From NCBI GenBank assembly GCA_000091205.1, contig AP006483.2: 64,000 nt of DNA; one strand, given 5' to 3'. The notes beneath the pieces are model-generated. The model saw only the letters and a list, made by a program, of their open reading frames with translations. It did not search any database and was not told the origin of the DNA. Below, one piece after another: positions 21,901 through 31,324 of the stretch. The translations under genes and the position numbers were made by a program. The stretch's first letter is position 1, and every line of letters starts with the position of its first letter. Source of the stretch: Cyanidioschyzon merolae. Its lineage: Eukaryota.

Positions 21901-23213
21901 GAGAGGACGCCACTCAGACAGAGAGCCAGCCACTTGCGCGCGTAAGAATTCTGAACCACGAGTGAATCCTCGAACGCTGCGATCAAACTGGAGACCAGGA
22001 CGTGCTCCGCTGCTTCTGGGGGATCGCTTCCTGCTTCGTTGCCGTGGGCAGTTTTGTTATGATCACGAATGTTCTCCATGGGGATACAGAAGAATGCGTG
22101 TCGGACTTGGTACAAGCGACGAATGGCGTCTTCACGAAGGCTCGCGCGGGATTGGCGTTGCTCTTTGGAGGCGAACCCGCGCGAATCCGGCAAAGCGGGG
22201 AGCGTGCATTCTAGGTAGGTTGCTGGACCCGCTTCGAAGCCGACGTTTCCATATCTACCAGCGGCAACGGCAAGGAGAAAGAGGATCATGTGCGGTCCGA
22301 CGAGGTGACGATCTGCCCAGTTATGGCTCCAGAGGACCTCACAGGTCTCAGCAATGGAATCCTGGACGACTAGCGTCTCCAACGGTGCATCACGCTCGGT
22401 CTCTATTGGAACACGCTCCCGGTCGGCATTCCGCAGCTGATTTTCGCTCATTGTACCAAAATGAAAATTGTCTACAGTCGAAAATGCCGGGGCGACGTCT
22501 TGCATAGCCTCGAAGAGCATGCCCACTCCCTTCGCTTCCGAAGGCGGCGAAGGAGACGTTTTTTGTCTCTCTCGGTGCTCTGCGGTAGAATTATCAGCTA
22601 CGCGAGGCAGGGAGAACATCATGTCATGCAGGACTTGCACAGCCTGAGCAAGGGCTCCGGGCAGACACAGACCGTCTTCGTGCCGATCAAGAGCTGCACT
22701 GAACTCCACGAGCGCTGTCGCTAAGTGCGCAACAGCTCCGACGCACAGGAGTCCTATCATTCGGTAGTCGTCCGCGCCGAGCTCTAGGTGAGGTGCAGAG
22801 ACATACAAGCAGTTGCAGGCGTCGGCAAGAACGTCCAACAGAGCTTCGCAAACAGCCTCGAATCCGTGCTTGCGTGCGAGTCGCCCCAGCAGGAACTGCT
22901 GTTGATCAGAAGCTAGCTCAACAAAAAGGGAAACTATTGCCGGCAAAGCGCGGAGAACGCCAAAGTTCGGCTCTTCATCTTCGAGCGCTGGCGACCGAAC
23001 GTGTGGAAACAACAGATTTTCCAGTGAGGACACGAGATCAGACACATCCTCCACCGCTAGCGAACCCTTTGTTACAGCAGAGCGGCTGTCGTCTGATAGA
23101 CGCTTTTCTGTGACAGAAAGGTCAACGTGAGCAATGTTTCTGCTCATGAACAATTTTCTGCACGACAGCGTCCAGAGAACAGTGTGTGGACTCGGCTGCC
23201 GGTGCCCTGGCAA
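18942..23213 (-). CDS. NCAPG2: HEAT-repeat protein resembling condensin-II complex subunit G2 (NCAPG2-like). The start may be the Met at 23147
   Basis: 1423-aa ORF. The segment NPRIRQNACYLFFDAFPL...SPVVRKLAVDGVCRLLTIFWDLFP...LLTGELALDAASATVRESVCRGI...LRTCLHDRNRRVQLAAAELVLGVS...RLTCLLLPSFFTG lines up with recalled human NCAPG2: NPEVRSNAALLFVEAFPI...YPMVRSTGILGVCKITSKYWEMMP...KVTGELAFDTSSADVRCSVFKCL...LRYSLHDNSEKVRVAFVDMLLKIK...RRLVSLIFNSFLP. Confidence 0.6.
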   Translation of the reverse strand: MPGHRQPSPHTVLWTLSCRKLFMSRNIAHVDLSVTEKRLSDDSRSAVTKGSLAVEDVSDLVSSLENLLFPHVRSPALEDEEPNFGVLRALPAIVSLFVELASDQQQFLLGRLARKHGFEAVCEALLDVLADACNCLYVSAPHLELGADDYRMIGLLCVGAVAHLATALVEFSAALDRHEDGLCLPGALAQAVQVLHDMMFSLPRVADNSTAEHRERQKTSPSPPSEAKGVGMLFEAMQDVAPAFSTVDNFHFGTMSENQLRNADRERVPIETERDAPLETLVVQDSIAETCEVLWSHNWADRHLVGPHMILFLLAVAAGRYGNVGFEAGPATYLECTLPALPDSRGFASKEQRQSRASLREDAIRRLYQVRHAFFCIPMENIRDHNKTAHGNEAGSDPPEAAEHVLVSSLIAAFEDSLVVQNSYARKWLALCLSGVLSQDLTRLLHKHFIESIIFELHGKRLCQYYAEIYFRAWCIAHAACRENLQYGLARSVFEQLCLRDFAEKSILSKSSRLARVCRQILAAFHAQKRLPGVDNALAHCYEPIIYRALLRSTNPRIRQNACYLFFDAFPLLREDGSDTDLLQLKSSERTQDVSDDEQTKTLAPSSPRGDVLDDLDTQLARQFAVLPRVLFDKSPVVRKLAVDGVCRLLTIFWDLFPAADRVQLLQLLTGELALDAASATVRESVCRGILRLVLEQPLAQATLRTGLLRGLRTCLHDRNRRVQLAAAELVLGVSRSPSLRWYDVCSLQEDILPYMSAGDTMDSRLTCLLLPSFFTGLDANLDEDVDPLRYTDTLARCVEFIRLDAVAAWHFYASLGPLALEPRNWLRNLPPISIPCVRSICKFIAVLGKAVIELTQQDPNADESSLNQRDHGGCEKELVEPLFVILCETYRSIAAVVYDGEHSDCRVFLERQLALETLFALVDALPSEKASLLGGARAETRSVMHFWRLLSALPKSLMEDLSEECLSSVSEALRIGAQVESFVPAVEALIAWGRGADVFGSRVLLPHLTSILETASDGASDCSVQTMESVALLCEWVLFQPALRSHIEGDHRFIRSCRALQALLTRFLDAKEQVSQAVRVIAAKLLGCLIIANGLVRDADRKRARHSDHSGGQSKSETAPARYCIRAATIRSLLDAYEWAFTNVTDSNPIGTLRQEGALYLSECLALGPVAGEGLDEATANRVGEQLMAPNVIAACRVAWHLLPHATCHAQQDVANAAIDKLLCSALRSVVEAVGAMSPLEPVPWAEASAAGSPVEHLLVRRALVRTLRTALRKRMQLLISVLTPCLVSKLEEECACGDSHDELAPPASLWELPCYGNLLRETLAATGTATRVDEAVHTHPVAVFAGRMVDFLLSELSDEPQRTTVTSSFCKLNARLLLLCACVVHCRLSAETFGSIESALQGSAASRALLSTLRMRVAFKP

Positions 23214-24831
23214 CAGAACGCCTGAGGAAGCTGCGCACTGCGCGGAGCGCGCGTTTCAAATTCCCGGGTGCGACGCAGTACGCAAGAAGCGAAAACGCTT
23301 CTCTTCTGTGTATATCGACCCGCAGATACATTCCCGTCTCCCTGGACCGACCCTTTGCTATCGGTTTCATCTTCTCCGTGTCCATTTCAGGCCTGAGAGG
23401 CTGCACCACAAAATTAAGATCGCCTCAGGTCCTCGGGTCTCGGCCTCAGCACCACATATCTTCTTATATGGATAGCAGCGGTAAAGTCTCGGTTCACGAA
23501 CGCCGTGTGTTTATTGCCGCGGCCGCTTGAACTGGCAAGTGCAAGGAGTCCCGGAACGCATGCTTTCAGTCCCATTTGCTGTTCGGTTGGCTCTCTGCGC
23601 GTTTCTAGTGCCGGAGCACTCCGCTGACTTTTCTCCATCTCGATCGTCTGAAGTGCACTCGCTGGATCATCCCTTGGTTGTTTTACTTTTGAAAATGAAA
23701 GCAGTTATTGATGCCCCTAGCTTGAGACCTATTCGGAAGGGGAATCACTTGTGCAGGGAAGAGGATACATGCCCCGGTGTGTCGTCGTGTGCTGAACGCT
23801 TCAGCGATTCACTCAGTGGAGCGATCACTCCGAATCAGGACTGAAAGCACCCCTTCGATGTCGCTGGACCGCCGAGCGTATGGAGGAGTGATAAGCAGCC
23901 CAAATCCGATAAAAGTCGCAAAAGCTCAAAGGCGAAGGCAATGGTGAAATACCACGTTGTCTAATAGAGGGGCGTCGCGAGACGTCAGGCGGAAAGTCTT
24001 CAACGATTTGGCAAATTGGGTGCTGTTGTGTTTGCCCTCCCTGCCAACTAAACTGAGGCGGTCAAATGAAGCTACTGCAGTTCGACTAGATGAGGATACC
24101 TTCGTTCTCTTCGAGTTCCATCGCACATACCACAGGCGCCCTGCTTCGCGAATACCCATATACGCTCCGAATGTTTCGCCCGGGGGAAGTCTCAACAGCT
24201 GAAAAAGAAAAGAAACCGACGTCCCTGTGCCTTTAACCGATCGCGACGTTCCAGGAAGGCTGTCGCCGTGATTTCGGTTGAAGATGGCTATGCTTGAACT
24301 AGGACTGTTTATGCGACAATATCCCTGTGGTTTGAGGACTATATGAACAAGCTGTTGAGAAACAGAGGTGCACACTCTGGCTGCGATCGTCGCTTTTTGC
24401 TTTCCGTACGTTGATCAACTAGTCGTTCTCTACCATTGACCGCAAGCAGTCTTTGACAATACCAGTTTCGCCGCAGAGCGCATATCCTTGTTACTTTCAG
24501 AGTCCCTCAAGCATCGGAGTAACGTGGTATGTCGTATCTGCAATCGGAATGCAGTCCTCCTTGCACTGTCCAGTACAGAATATATCCTGCAGGCAATTCT
24601 TCTACGATCTATGCTATACAGCGCATCGTGATTTTCATCTCCAGCTATTCACCACAGCGGAGGAAGTGAAACCGAATTGACTTACAGACTGAAACGGCGA
24701 TCTAGGATCCCTAGCAGCTCCAAGAGACACATAACTCCGCACCCGTGCGCATCGCCGTAGATTGTATACCTGCCGACATTCGCTCCGTGTGACTGGATAG
24801 CACTTTTCACCGCTTGGAGCGTCGTAAGCGT

Positions 24832-25221
24832 ATGTCGGGCTCGAGCAACGGTCGTTTACAGGCAAGTGAAGCACCTATAGCCAAGTCGGCTGTACTGTAC
24901 GCAGCCGCTAAAGAAATTGGTATGCACTGCCGCGAGGAAAACCAGAGTTTTCTCCAGTGCAAAGCAGTCGAGTCCGATCCTGCCAAATGTTTCGAAAAAG
25001 GGAGATCTGTGCAAAGGTGTGTTCTGGAACTCCTGATGAGTTTGAACACGACCTGTCCACAGCAGTTTGAGGCATATGCACGATGTCTGGATGAGCAGAG
25101 TGCACCCTCGTACGCTTTTGAACGCTGTCGACGGCAGGAGGCGGCCCTGGTAGACTGCCGTCAGGCAGGGACGCTTGATAAACAGCGCGTGGAGAGCCAC
25201 GAGGTGCTTCTTCGAGAGTGA
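24832..25221 (+). CDS. NDUFA8: NADH dehydrogenase (complex I) 1 alpha subcomplex subunit 8-like, with a double CHCH domain
   Basis: Four CX9C motifs in two pairs: CREENQSFLQC, CFEKGRSVQRC, CPQQFEAYARC, CRRQEAALVDC. KSAVLYAAAKEIGMHC...CLD aligns with human NDUFA8 [46 protein letters not shown]...CID. The ORF begins at 24814; the Met at 24832 is the likely start. Confidence 0.75.
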   Translation: MSGSSNGRLQASEAPIAKSAVLYAAAKEIGMHCREENQSFLQCKAVESDPAKCFEKGRSVQRCVLELLMSLNTTCPQQFEAYARCLDEQSAPSYAFERCRRQEAALVDCRQAGTLDKQRVESHEVLLRE

Positions 25222-25776
25222 GAAACCGATTCGTGGTGTTCCGAGTCATGCACGTCGTGGAGGTCTGTGGCGAAAGCCAGTGAAGGCCAAAAAACGCCGA
25301 CGCTTCAACAAGCGCAGTTGCAGAGGCGAGGTTCTCCGTCGATATTCGTTCGTCCTAGTTGTACACTGCGTGACGCTTTTGCGCCCGACGATCCGGTTCC
25401 AATCTAGTGGTAAAGTTGTTCGGGCATGCCCGTGCCTATGCGTCTCTTCAGGTCCGTCAGAGAGCTTCTCAGGAAATCCCGACTGCTGAATGGCTTCCAC
25501 CTTGTCACGATTTGAAGCTCACCGTATGTTCGCAACCACCAACGACGCTCTCTGGGCGTTGAGCGTCGTTTCGGAGTGGCCCAGCGTGCAATACTTTGGC
25601 CACTGACGCTGGATACCGACCTCTCGTGGAACTGGTCGCGAGACGCCAGTATCCATGCATTGCTGCAGTGACCGAGAGGCAATCGATATGACTCTGGATC
25701 CAATGATCCCTGTGTTTTAGGTTTTGTTTCAAGCTACCCGACCGGTGAACAGAGGTGCACTGCTGGTTCGTCGCGC

Positions 25777-28764
25777 TCAGTGTAGCTCACTCGCAGCGTC
25801 CAGACTGCTTCGTTGCAGCTCGCGCACTTGCTCGGCGCTCGATGCCTGCTGGCTTCCATTCAGGGCACCGGGATTAGCGCTCGATGTTGTTGGACTCTGG
25901 GAAACGTCCAGCGCTGCGACTGCGCTGCTCAGCTCCTGAGAAGACTTTGCTGCTCTGCTTTCGACCTCGGACACTGATGTTGGACACTCGCCTGTTTGGA
26001 CGCATTGCTCTAGCGCGATGCCCTCTTGAATCGGCGCAAAGGCACAAACACTCTGGATCCAGAGCTGAACCATTTCAAACACAGATATATTCACGTACAG
26101 AAGGAGCACGCGCAGGTGCAGTGCGCGACTTCCCAACGATCGGTCTATTTTCGCGGCCTCTTCAGGGTGGCAGTACGCTCTGATGCTTCGGAGAAACGCA
26201 CTCGCGCTCAGGTATGCCCAGCTGTCTTCTTCCACTGGCGTTATCGCGGATCGAAACGTAATCGCAACACCGCGACAGTTCCGTTCGAGATAGTGAGGCG
26301 AAGGGAATGCAAAGAGAAGTATCGGAAAATGGACCACCGTTGCGTCGGCGTGCTCGTCTGAGGCCCCTTCTGGAATCACTGTGGTGCTGATACGGATGAT
26401 GGGACCACCAAGTTCCCAGTCAAGAATATGTTCCATTTTCAACGGATATTCCGGAGGCAAACACTTTTCCATGGCGAGTGCCATTTCCCTGCGAACGGTA
26501 TCCATGAAACGATCTCGCGGAGGCTTTGTATCCGCGGCGTTCATCTCAAGCAACCCCGGAAGAAACGTCTTTGCATCTGTTTGCTTTCCATCTGGCTCAC
26601 GTTCAGCTACGAAACAACTCGCAGTCTTGCGCTCCGCACCTGGGACCGTATCCATGGAGGGCTTGCTTTCCGTTTTCACCGCAACCACGTTGCCGTGCTC
26701 ACCCAGAAGCGTGACAATCTTCGGCATAATCGTTGGTGTCTGTGCTGGTGATTGATTTGAAGACACCGTAACCGCTTCAAAATTGGTCTTCAGGAGCTCG
26801 GAGTCACCGCCAGTTGCGGTGACACCGGAAGTTGGCAACACGCCACCTTCTCGCCTGGTGGCTGCGTTACCAGATGGGGCGCCATATCCCAACGACTGCA
26901 TCAGCCCCGCATTCAAAGACGAGTCGGACGACATGACCAGAGCGGCTCCAGCTCGATTCGGTTCTGAGTGTGGTGCTCGGCGAACATCCGCCGGCGTGGC
27001 GCTACGCAACGCATGCGGCTTGTTCGAGTCAACGGCGTCTCCGACCAAGAGGGATGCGGGGCTCTGTCCTCCCACATGCAAGTGCCCGTCTCTTTCAGTG
27101 GATAGGAACACTCTGGCGTTTGTCGACGCGTCCGACGGTGCAGGAGGCGCGGCGGCATTGCCGCAGAATCCTGCGGTGGAGACCTCGGTAGCAGTGCGGC
27201 CGGGAACAGCCGTCTGGAAAGTGGGCGCGGTGCCCTGTGCCCGTCGCTCCGTACGCCGTAAAGTGCTGGACGTGCTCCGACTGCGTCCTGCTACATCTTG
27301 AAGAAGCGCCACCCAGCGCTGCACATAGCTTCGCGCCCGCTGGATCTCGGCAAGCGTCGGGTATCGTGTGCTCGTGAGGGTACTGGGGTTCATCTGAATC
27401 AAATTCAAGACCGCTTGGATGTTCTCCATATGTCGTTCCCGGAGGAAAGGATCGGTCTGTTTTTGCAGCGCAGTGCGTATGATGCCCAACGCACCTCGAA
27501 ATACCTGACCCTCCCGGGCCTGGAAGTCAGCGAGCTCCGCAAAAATTCGCGTAGGCGACTCGTGCACTTCATTTTCCATAGCATGTCCAGATAATGGACG
27601 AGTCATATTCGGGCTTGCAGCAAAGAGGGTTTCCGGTGCTCCAACCGAGATTGATCGTCTTAGATTTGGGCTTGACATTTGCGCGGAAACGCTTGCAGCA
27701 GCCATCGAAAGCGATTTCGAGATTGCGTAGCGTGCAGCTGCCTCACGGGCAGCATTCAGTGCAGCAATAAAGCGCACATACAGGACTTCGCGCTGTGCCG
27801 TGCCGACAGCCATCGCTGCTGCAAAAGCAGCAAAGACGATAGGGTCGTTCGGAAAGACTTGCGCCAGCCTTTCAATCACATGCGGTGGCAGCGCACCAAA
27901 TCCATGCGCCCGAAGCTCTTCAGGCATCTCTTGGTACGCGTCAAGAACTGTCCGAATGACCTCTTTCTGCTGTGGATTGAACAGATTCGGTGCCAAAGGT
28001 GTGTTGGCTCGTTTGAAATTCGTCGTCGATCCACTGATTCTGCCGCCAATCGGCGCTGCACCGGTTGCCGTTCCATCTGTGCGGGAAACCTGGGCGATCT
28101 GGGCAGCTCGTGCCCCGTCCACAGAAGAAGAAACCGAGAATGAGCATGGAGAACGCTCATTGTCTGCTGGCGGAGCAGACTGCACAGATTGCACGCGAGC
28201 TTCCATTCCAAACGGAATACTCGTCATGCTCTGTGTTCGTGGTGGCCGCGTCTCACGCACAGTCGGAGCAGACGAATTCGAGCAGGCGCTCCTGGCTCGC
28301 TTTCGCTGCTCGTCGAGCTGCACTTCCGTCGCGTCCACCGGGTGCTCTTGCCACTCGTTCAAACGTCTAGGTAGAGGCGCCATCAGTAGTGTATCTGATG
28401 ACGCCTGAGCCGGTTGCTGCTTCGCCGGCCTAGAGGCTGGTGCACCCTGTGGCGCCTCAGCGTGGCCGCCCACAGCGCGTTCAGCATTCTGCAGACCAAC
28501 CGCTATGCGATGAAGGTACTCCTGCTGGGATGACGCTCGCGCAAACTCACGCTCCTCAAAGGTAACCGAACGGGCCCACAAGTCCTTCTCCGAGACGCCC
28601 TCAACGAGCGCTGCAAGGCGAGTGAAAATATGTTTCTGTACGCTAGCCCGCTGCTGCGGAGTTAGCGACTCTCGCCAGTTTCGCGACGCGTCTGCAGACA
28701 TCACAAGCCGGCCTAGCCACAAAACTAGCAGGTTTACTCCTGAAGCGGACTTCAAGAATCGCAC
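25777..28764 (-). CDS. Large nuclear protein of 995 aa. The N-terminus resembles the KIX domain of Mediator subunit 15 (tentative), and the middle is disordered and Ala/Ser-rich
   Basis: Long ORF. N-terminal NWRESLTPQQRASVQKHIFTRLAALVEGVSEKDLWARSVTFEEREFARASSQQEYLHRIA resembles the MED15 KIX pattern DWRSxxFRQKVVxQIEDAMRKAG...DEYLSLVA. Matching rests on recalled sequence only. Confidence 0.35.
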   Translation of the reverse strand: MRFLKSASGVNLLVLWLGRLVMSADASRNWRESLTPQQRASVQKHIFTRLAALVEGVSEKDLWARSVTFEEREFARASSQQEYLHRIAVGLQNAERAVGGHAEAPQGAPASRPAKQQPAQASSDTLLMAPLPRRLNEWQEHPVDATEVQLDEQRKRARSACSNSSAPTVRETRPPRTQSMTSIPFGMEARVQSVQSAPPADNERSPCSFSVSSSVDGARAAQIAQVSRTDGTATGAAPIGGRISGSTTNFKRANTPLAPNLFNPQQKEVIRTVLDAYQEMPEELRAHGFGALPPHVIERLAQVFPNDPIVFAAFAAAMAVGTAQREVLYVRFIAALNAAREAAARYAISKSLSMAAASVSAQMSSPNLRRSISVGAPETLFAASPNMTRPLSGHAMENEVHESPTRIFAELADFQAREGQVFRGALGIIRTALQKQTDPFLRERHMENIQAVLNLIQMNPSTLTSTRYPTLAEIQRARSYVQRWVALLQDVAGRSRSTSSTLRRTERRAQGTAPTFQTAVPGRTATEVSTAGFCGNAAAPPAPSDASTNARVFLSTERDGHLHVGGQSPASLLVGDAVDSNKPHALRSATPADVRRAPHSEPNRAGAALVMSSDSSLNAGLMQSLGYGAPSGNAATRREGGVLPTSGVTATGGDSELLKTNFEAVTVSSNQSPAQTPTIMPKIVTLLGEHGNVVAVKTESKPSMDTVPGAERKTASCFVAEREPDGKQTDAKTFLPGLLEMNAADTKPPRDRFMDTVRREMALAMEKCLPPEYPLKMEHILDWELGGPIIRISTTVIPEGASDEHADATVVHFPILLFAFPSPHYLERNCRGVAITFRSAITPVEEDSWAYLSASAFLRSIRAYCHPEEAAKIDRSLGSRALHLRVLLLYVNISVFEMVQLWIQSVCAFAPIQEGIALEQCVQTGECPTSVSEVESRAAKSSQELSSAVAALDVSQSPTTSSANPGALNGSQQASSAEQVRELQRSSLDAASELH

Positions 28765-29300
28765 CCGCAGCCGTCTCTACGAAAAGAAAACAATCCTTTT
28801 CTTGGCAGCGAAACGAGTCCTCTACAAAACGCCGCGCTCGCCGCAGCACACCAAAATCCAAGCAGCAGCTCGCAGCACACGCCTAAAACACACCGGAAAA
28901 CAGGAAATCAATGTCAACAGGGTATGCACGAAGCACGATGGAAATAGATCCTGCAAACCCGTGCCGAAAAGTGCGACCACAGCTCTCGGGCTCTGCAGCT
29001 GGCAAGCAACCCGAGGTAGCGGTGCTGGCGGCCGTCGGCCGGTATGCAACTTCACCGCCTCAGCGATGCAGGTAGATCGGCAGCAGCGATGGCGCTCGCG
29101 CCGTTGAGGGTGCCCGCGCGCGCCCGCATCGGATGCGCGTGCCGCAGGTGCCGCGTGAGATCGCCACGCCGAGGCGCGTGCGCGCGCGCCCTGGGAGATG
29201 CCGGCTGATTTCGCGTTTCTCCATGAGCAGGTTTCCGACAGAGCAGGGGTACCAGATGATGTGATGGATCGCGGCGCTCGGGCGAGCATCTGTCTTTCTA
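28765..29300. promoter_or_regulatory. GC-rich, CpG-dense block with (GCGC)n-like runs, immediately 5' of the minus-strand gene that starts at 28764. Candidate promoter region
   Basis: Sequence such as gcccgcgcgcgcccgcatcggatgcgcgtgccgcaggtgccgcgtgag...gcgcgtgcgcgcgcgccc. Position relative to the gene start is the only functional evidence. Confidence 0.25.
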
Positions 29301-29909
29301 GATACCTCCAAGTTCTATGATTTGTGCTTGCTCGTAAAGAGAATGGTTATTTTTTGCGGCCCATTGTTCGCTGAGCTTGTCCGGTTTGGTGATCGGCGGT
29401 ATGCGAAACCGGGTCAGATGAACACGGAGCAGTGGACAGCTCGTTATGTTGTTGCGTTGAGATTTGTTTGCGTTCGTTTTTTGGGTGTGCAGCCGCGGTA
29501 GTACAAGAGCGGCAATGGGGGCTTACGGATTGGTACGTGGTTTGAAGATTCCTGGGTGTCGTTTCCGAGAGGTTGCATCGATGCTTTTCTGCTGGGATTC
29601 GGCACGGCGTCGGAATCAAGATCATTCGCGATGCCCTCGAAAAAGAGTTCGTCAAATAAGCGGTACCAGTATCCAATTTATAAGTGCAAACTTCAATTCT
29701 GATGCTTTCCGGATGTAAAGCATGGTCCAATCTTGCATTCTGCGAGTTCTCGACCTCTCTGGTACAAGGCAACTCGGATTCGCAGCCATTCGCACAGCTC
29801 GATCGACGCGGCGAAAAGCCCGAGGTCGACCCCTGCAGGCCTCTGCAGGTGCTCCTGCTGAAAGCGCACTGAACTCGTCACGGCAAATCATCGATTTCGT
29901 TTGGAAGAC

Positions 29910-30047
29910 GAATTCTACTGCTTTTACAGTTATTGACGATGCTGTACTCCACATCGGCGTGGTACCTCTCACAGGGACGAATTCTACTGCTTTTCCAGTT
30001 ATTGACGATGCTGTACTCCACATCAGCGTGGTACCTCTCACAGGATA
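29910..30047. repeat. 69-bp tandem repeat, two copies
   Basis: Unit gaattctactgctttt(a/c)cagttattgacgatgctgtactccacatc(g/a)gcgtggtacctctcacagg starts at 29910 and 29979. It produces the duplicated peptide in ORFs 29652..30113 and 29933..30169. Confidence 0.85.
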
Positions 30048-30627
30048 TGCATTCAGAAGCTTTCGCCTCTTGTATTTGCATAGAGAAAGGTATTGGACGC
30101 GGACTCGAATCATCGGAGCGAACGCTTCCAGCGGAGCATGCGTCGCCGCTTTGTACCGAGGGAGCGTAACAAGATCGGAAATTTCGCGACTTGATCTGCA
30201 GTCTGGATTCTCTTTCTGGTACTTGTCTCGTCATGGGCAGTATCGCTTTGCAACAATCCTTATTCGAATGGAACAGCGTGGCCTTGCGCATGGAGCAGAA
30301 AAAGTCCTCGACGAGTGCAGCATCCAGAGGAATACCGCTATGGTCAGGTACGACACCTCGTGCGGAATCCTCGGAAGGCATCGAGCAAACTCTGGTTTGC
30401 CAGTCAAGGGCATATATCTAGCTATGAAAGAAGGGTTCACGTGCCACAGGTCGGCGCCCGGACGTACAGATGAGGTGCAACTATGGGAAACCTTACCAGA
30501 GCCAGGTGCCGCCGCTCCGATAGGCACGCCGAGCCTCTATACGAAGGATATGAAAAAGGCAAGCGAAGCGGAGAGTGTAACTACCGCCTCTGCATGAAAT
30601 GTGTGCGCACAGCTGAAAGCGGCGAAA

Positions 30628-31324
30628 TCATGACTTTAATCCTGCAACCAACATTCTCCGACTGCTGACTGCGGAGCTGGAGGAACAGTTGCGACCGGAG
30701 AATTTACAGCCGGAGATGTGCTCAGTGGAGGCGAAACGTTTCGCAATCCTAGAGTGCGAATGTATATGCGCAACTTCAGACGGCTCACAGCTTTTTTTCG
30801 ACCGCCCCCCTGGTATCAATTTCAGCTTCTCCTTGTACACTTTTAGCCTGAGAGGCTGCTCCACAAAGATGGCTCGCGTCAGCTCCTGGGGTCTCGTCTT
30901 CAGCACCGCGAATCGTCTGATATTGATGGCAGCATTGAAGTCTCGGATCACGGACTCCATGCGTTTCTTGCCGCTGTTTAAAAAAACTAATCCAATTAGT
31001 ACTCGTGCTCCTGCCCTCTTTGCCACTGCAGTTTCGTCATCGTCCCGTCGGGCGACCACCTTTTCTCGCCTATCTCTACGCTTCTTCTTCTCTTTGATCT
31101 TCGTCGCCTGCTCTTTTTCTTTCGGTGGTCGCCGAGAAGAGGATTTTTCGATTCTTTTCATGCAGCCGGCAATGACGGCCCTGCAGGATCCCCAACTTGA
31201 CTGTCCCTACTTTTCCCTTGGGATTTTTATGTTCAAAATTGAACGCACTTCGAGCTGGTCTGCTGGAAACCGCGAAAACGCATTTCATTCCACGCACGTG
31301 GGCGTAATACACAATTGAGTCCAA
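30628..31324 (-). pseudogene. Copy B of the dispersed element, homologous to 1450-2260 in the opposite orientation. It encodes a KR-rich basic protein with RDFNAAINIRR, a TnpB/Fanzor RuvC-III-like motif. One frameshift occurs between ORFs 31076..31324 and 30628..31161
   Basis: ORF 30628..31161: ...KVVARRDDDETAVAKRAGARVLIG...KKRMESVIRDFNAAINIRRFAVLKTRPQELTR.... The upstream piece HKNPKGKVGTVKLGILQGRHC matches AKNPRERYIVKKARYLEPRCC of copy A. Nucleotide alignment with copy A was checked over more than 300 bp. Confidence 0.45.
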
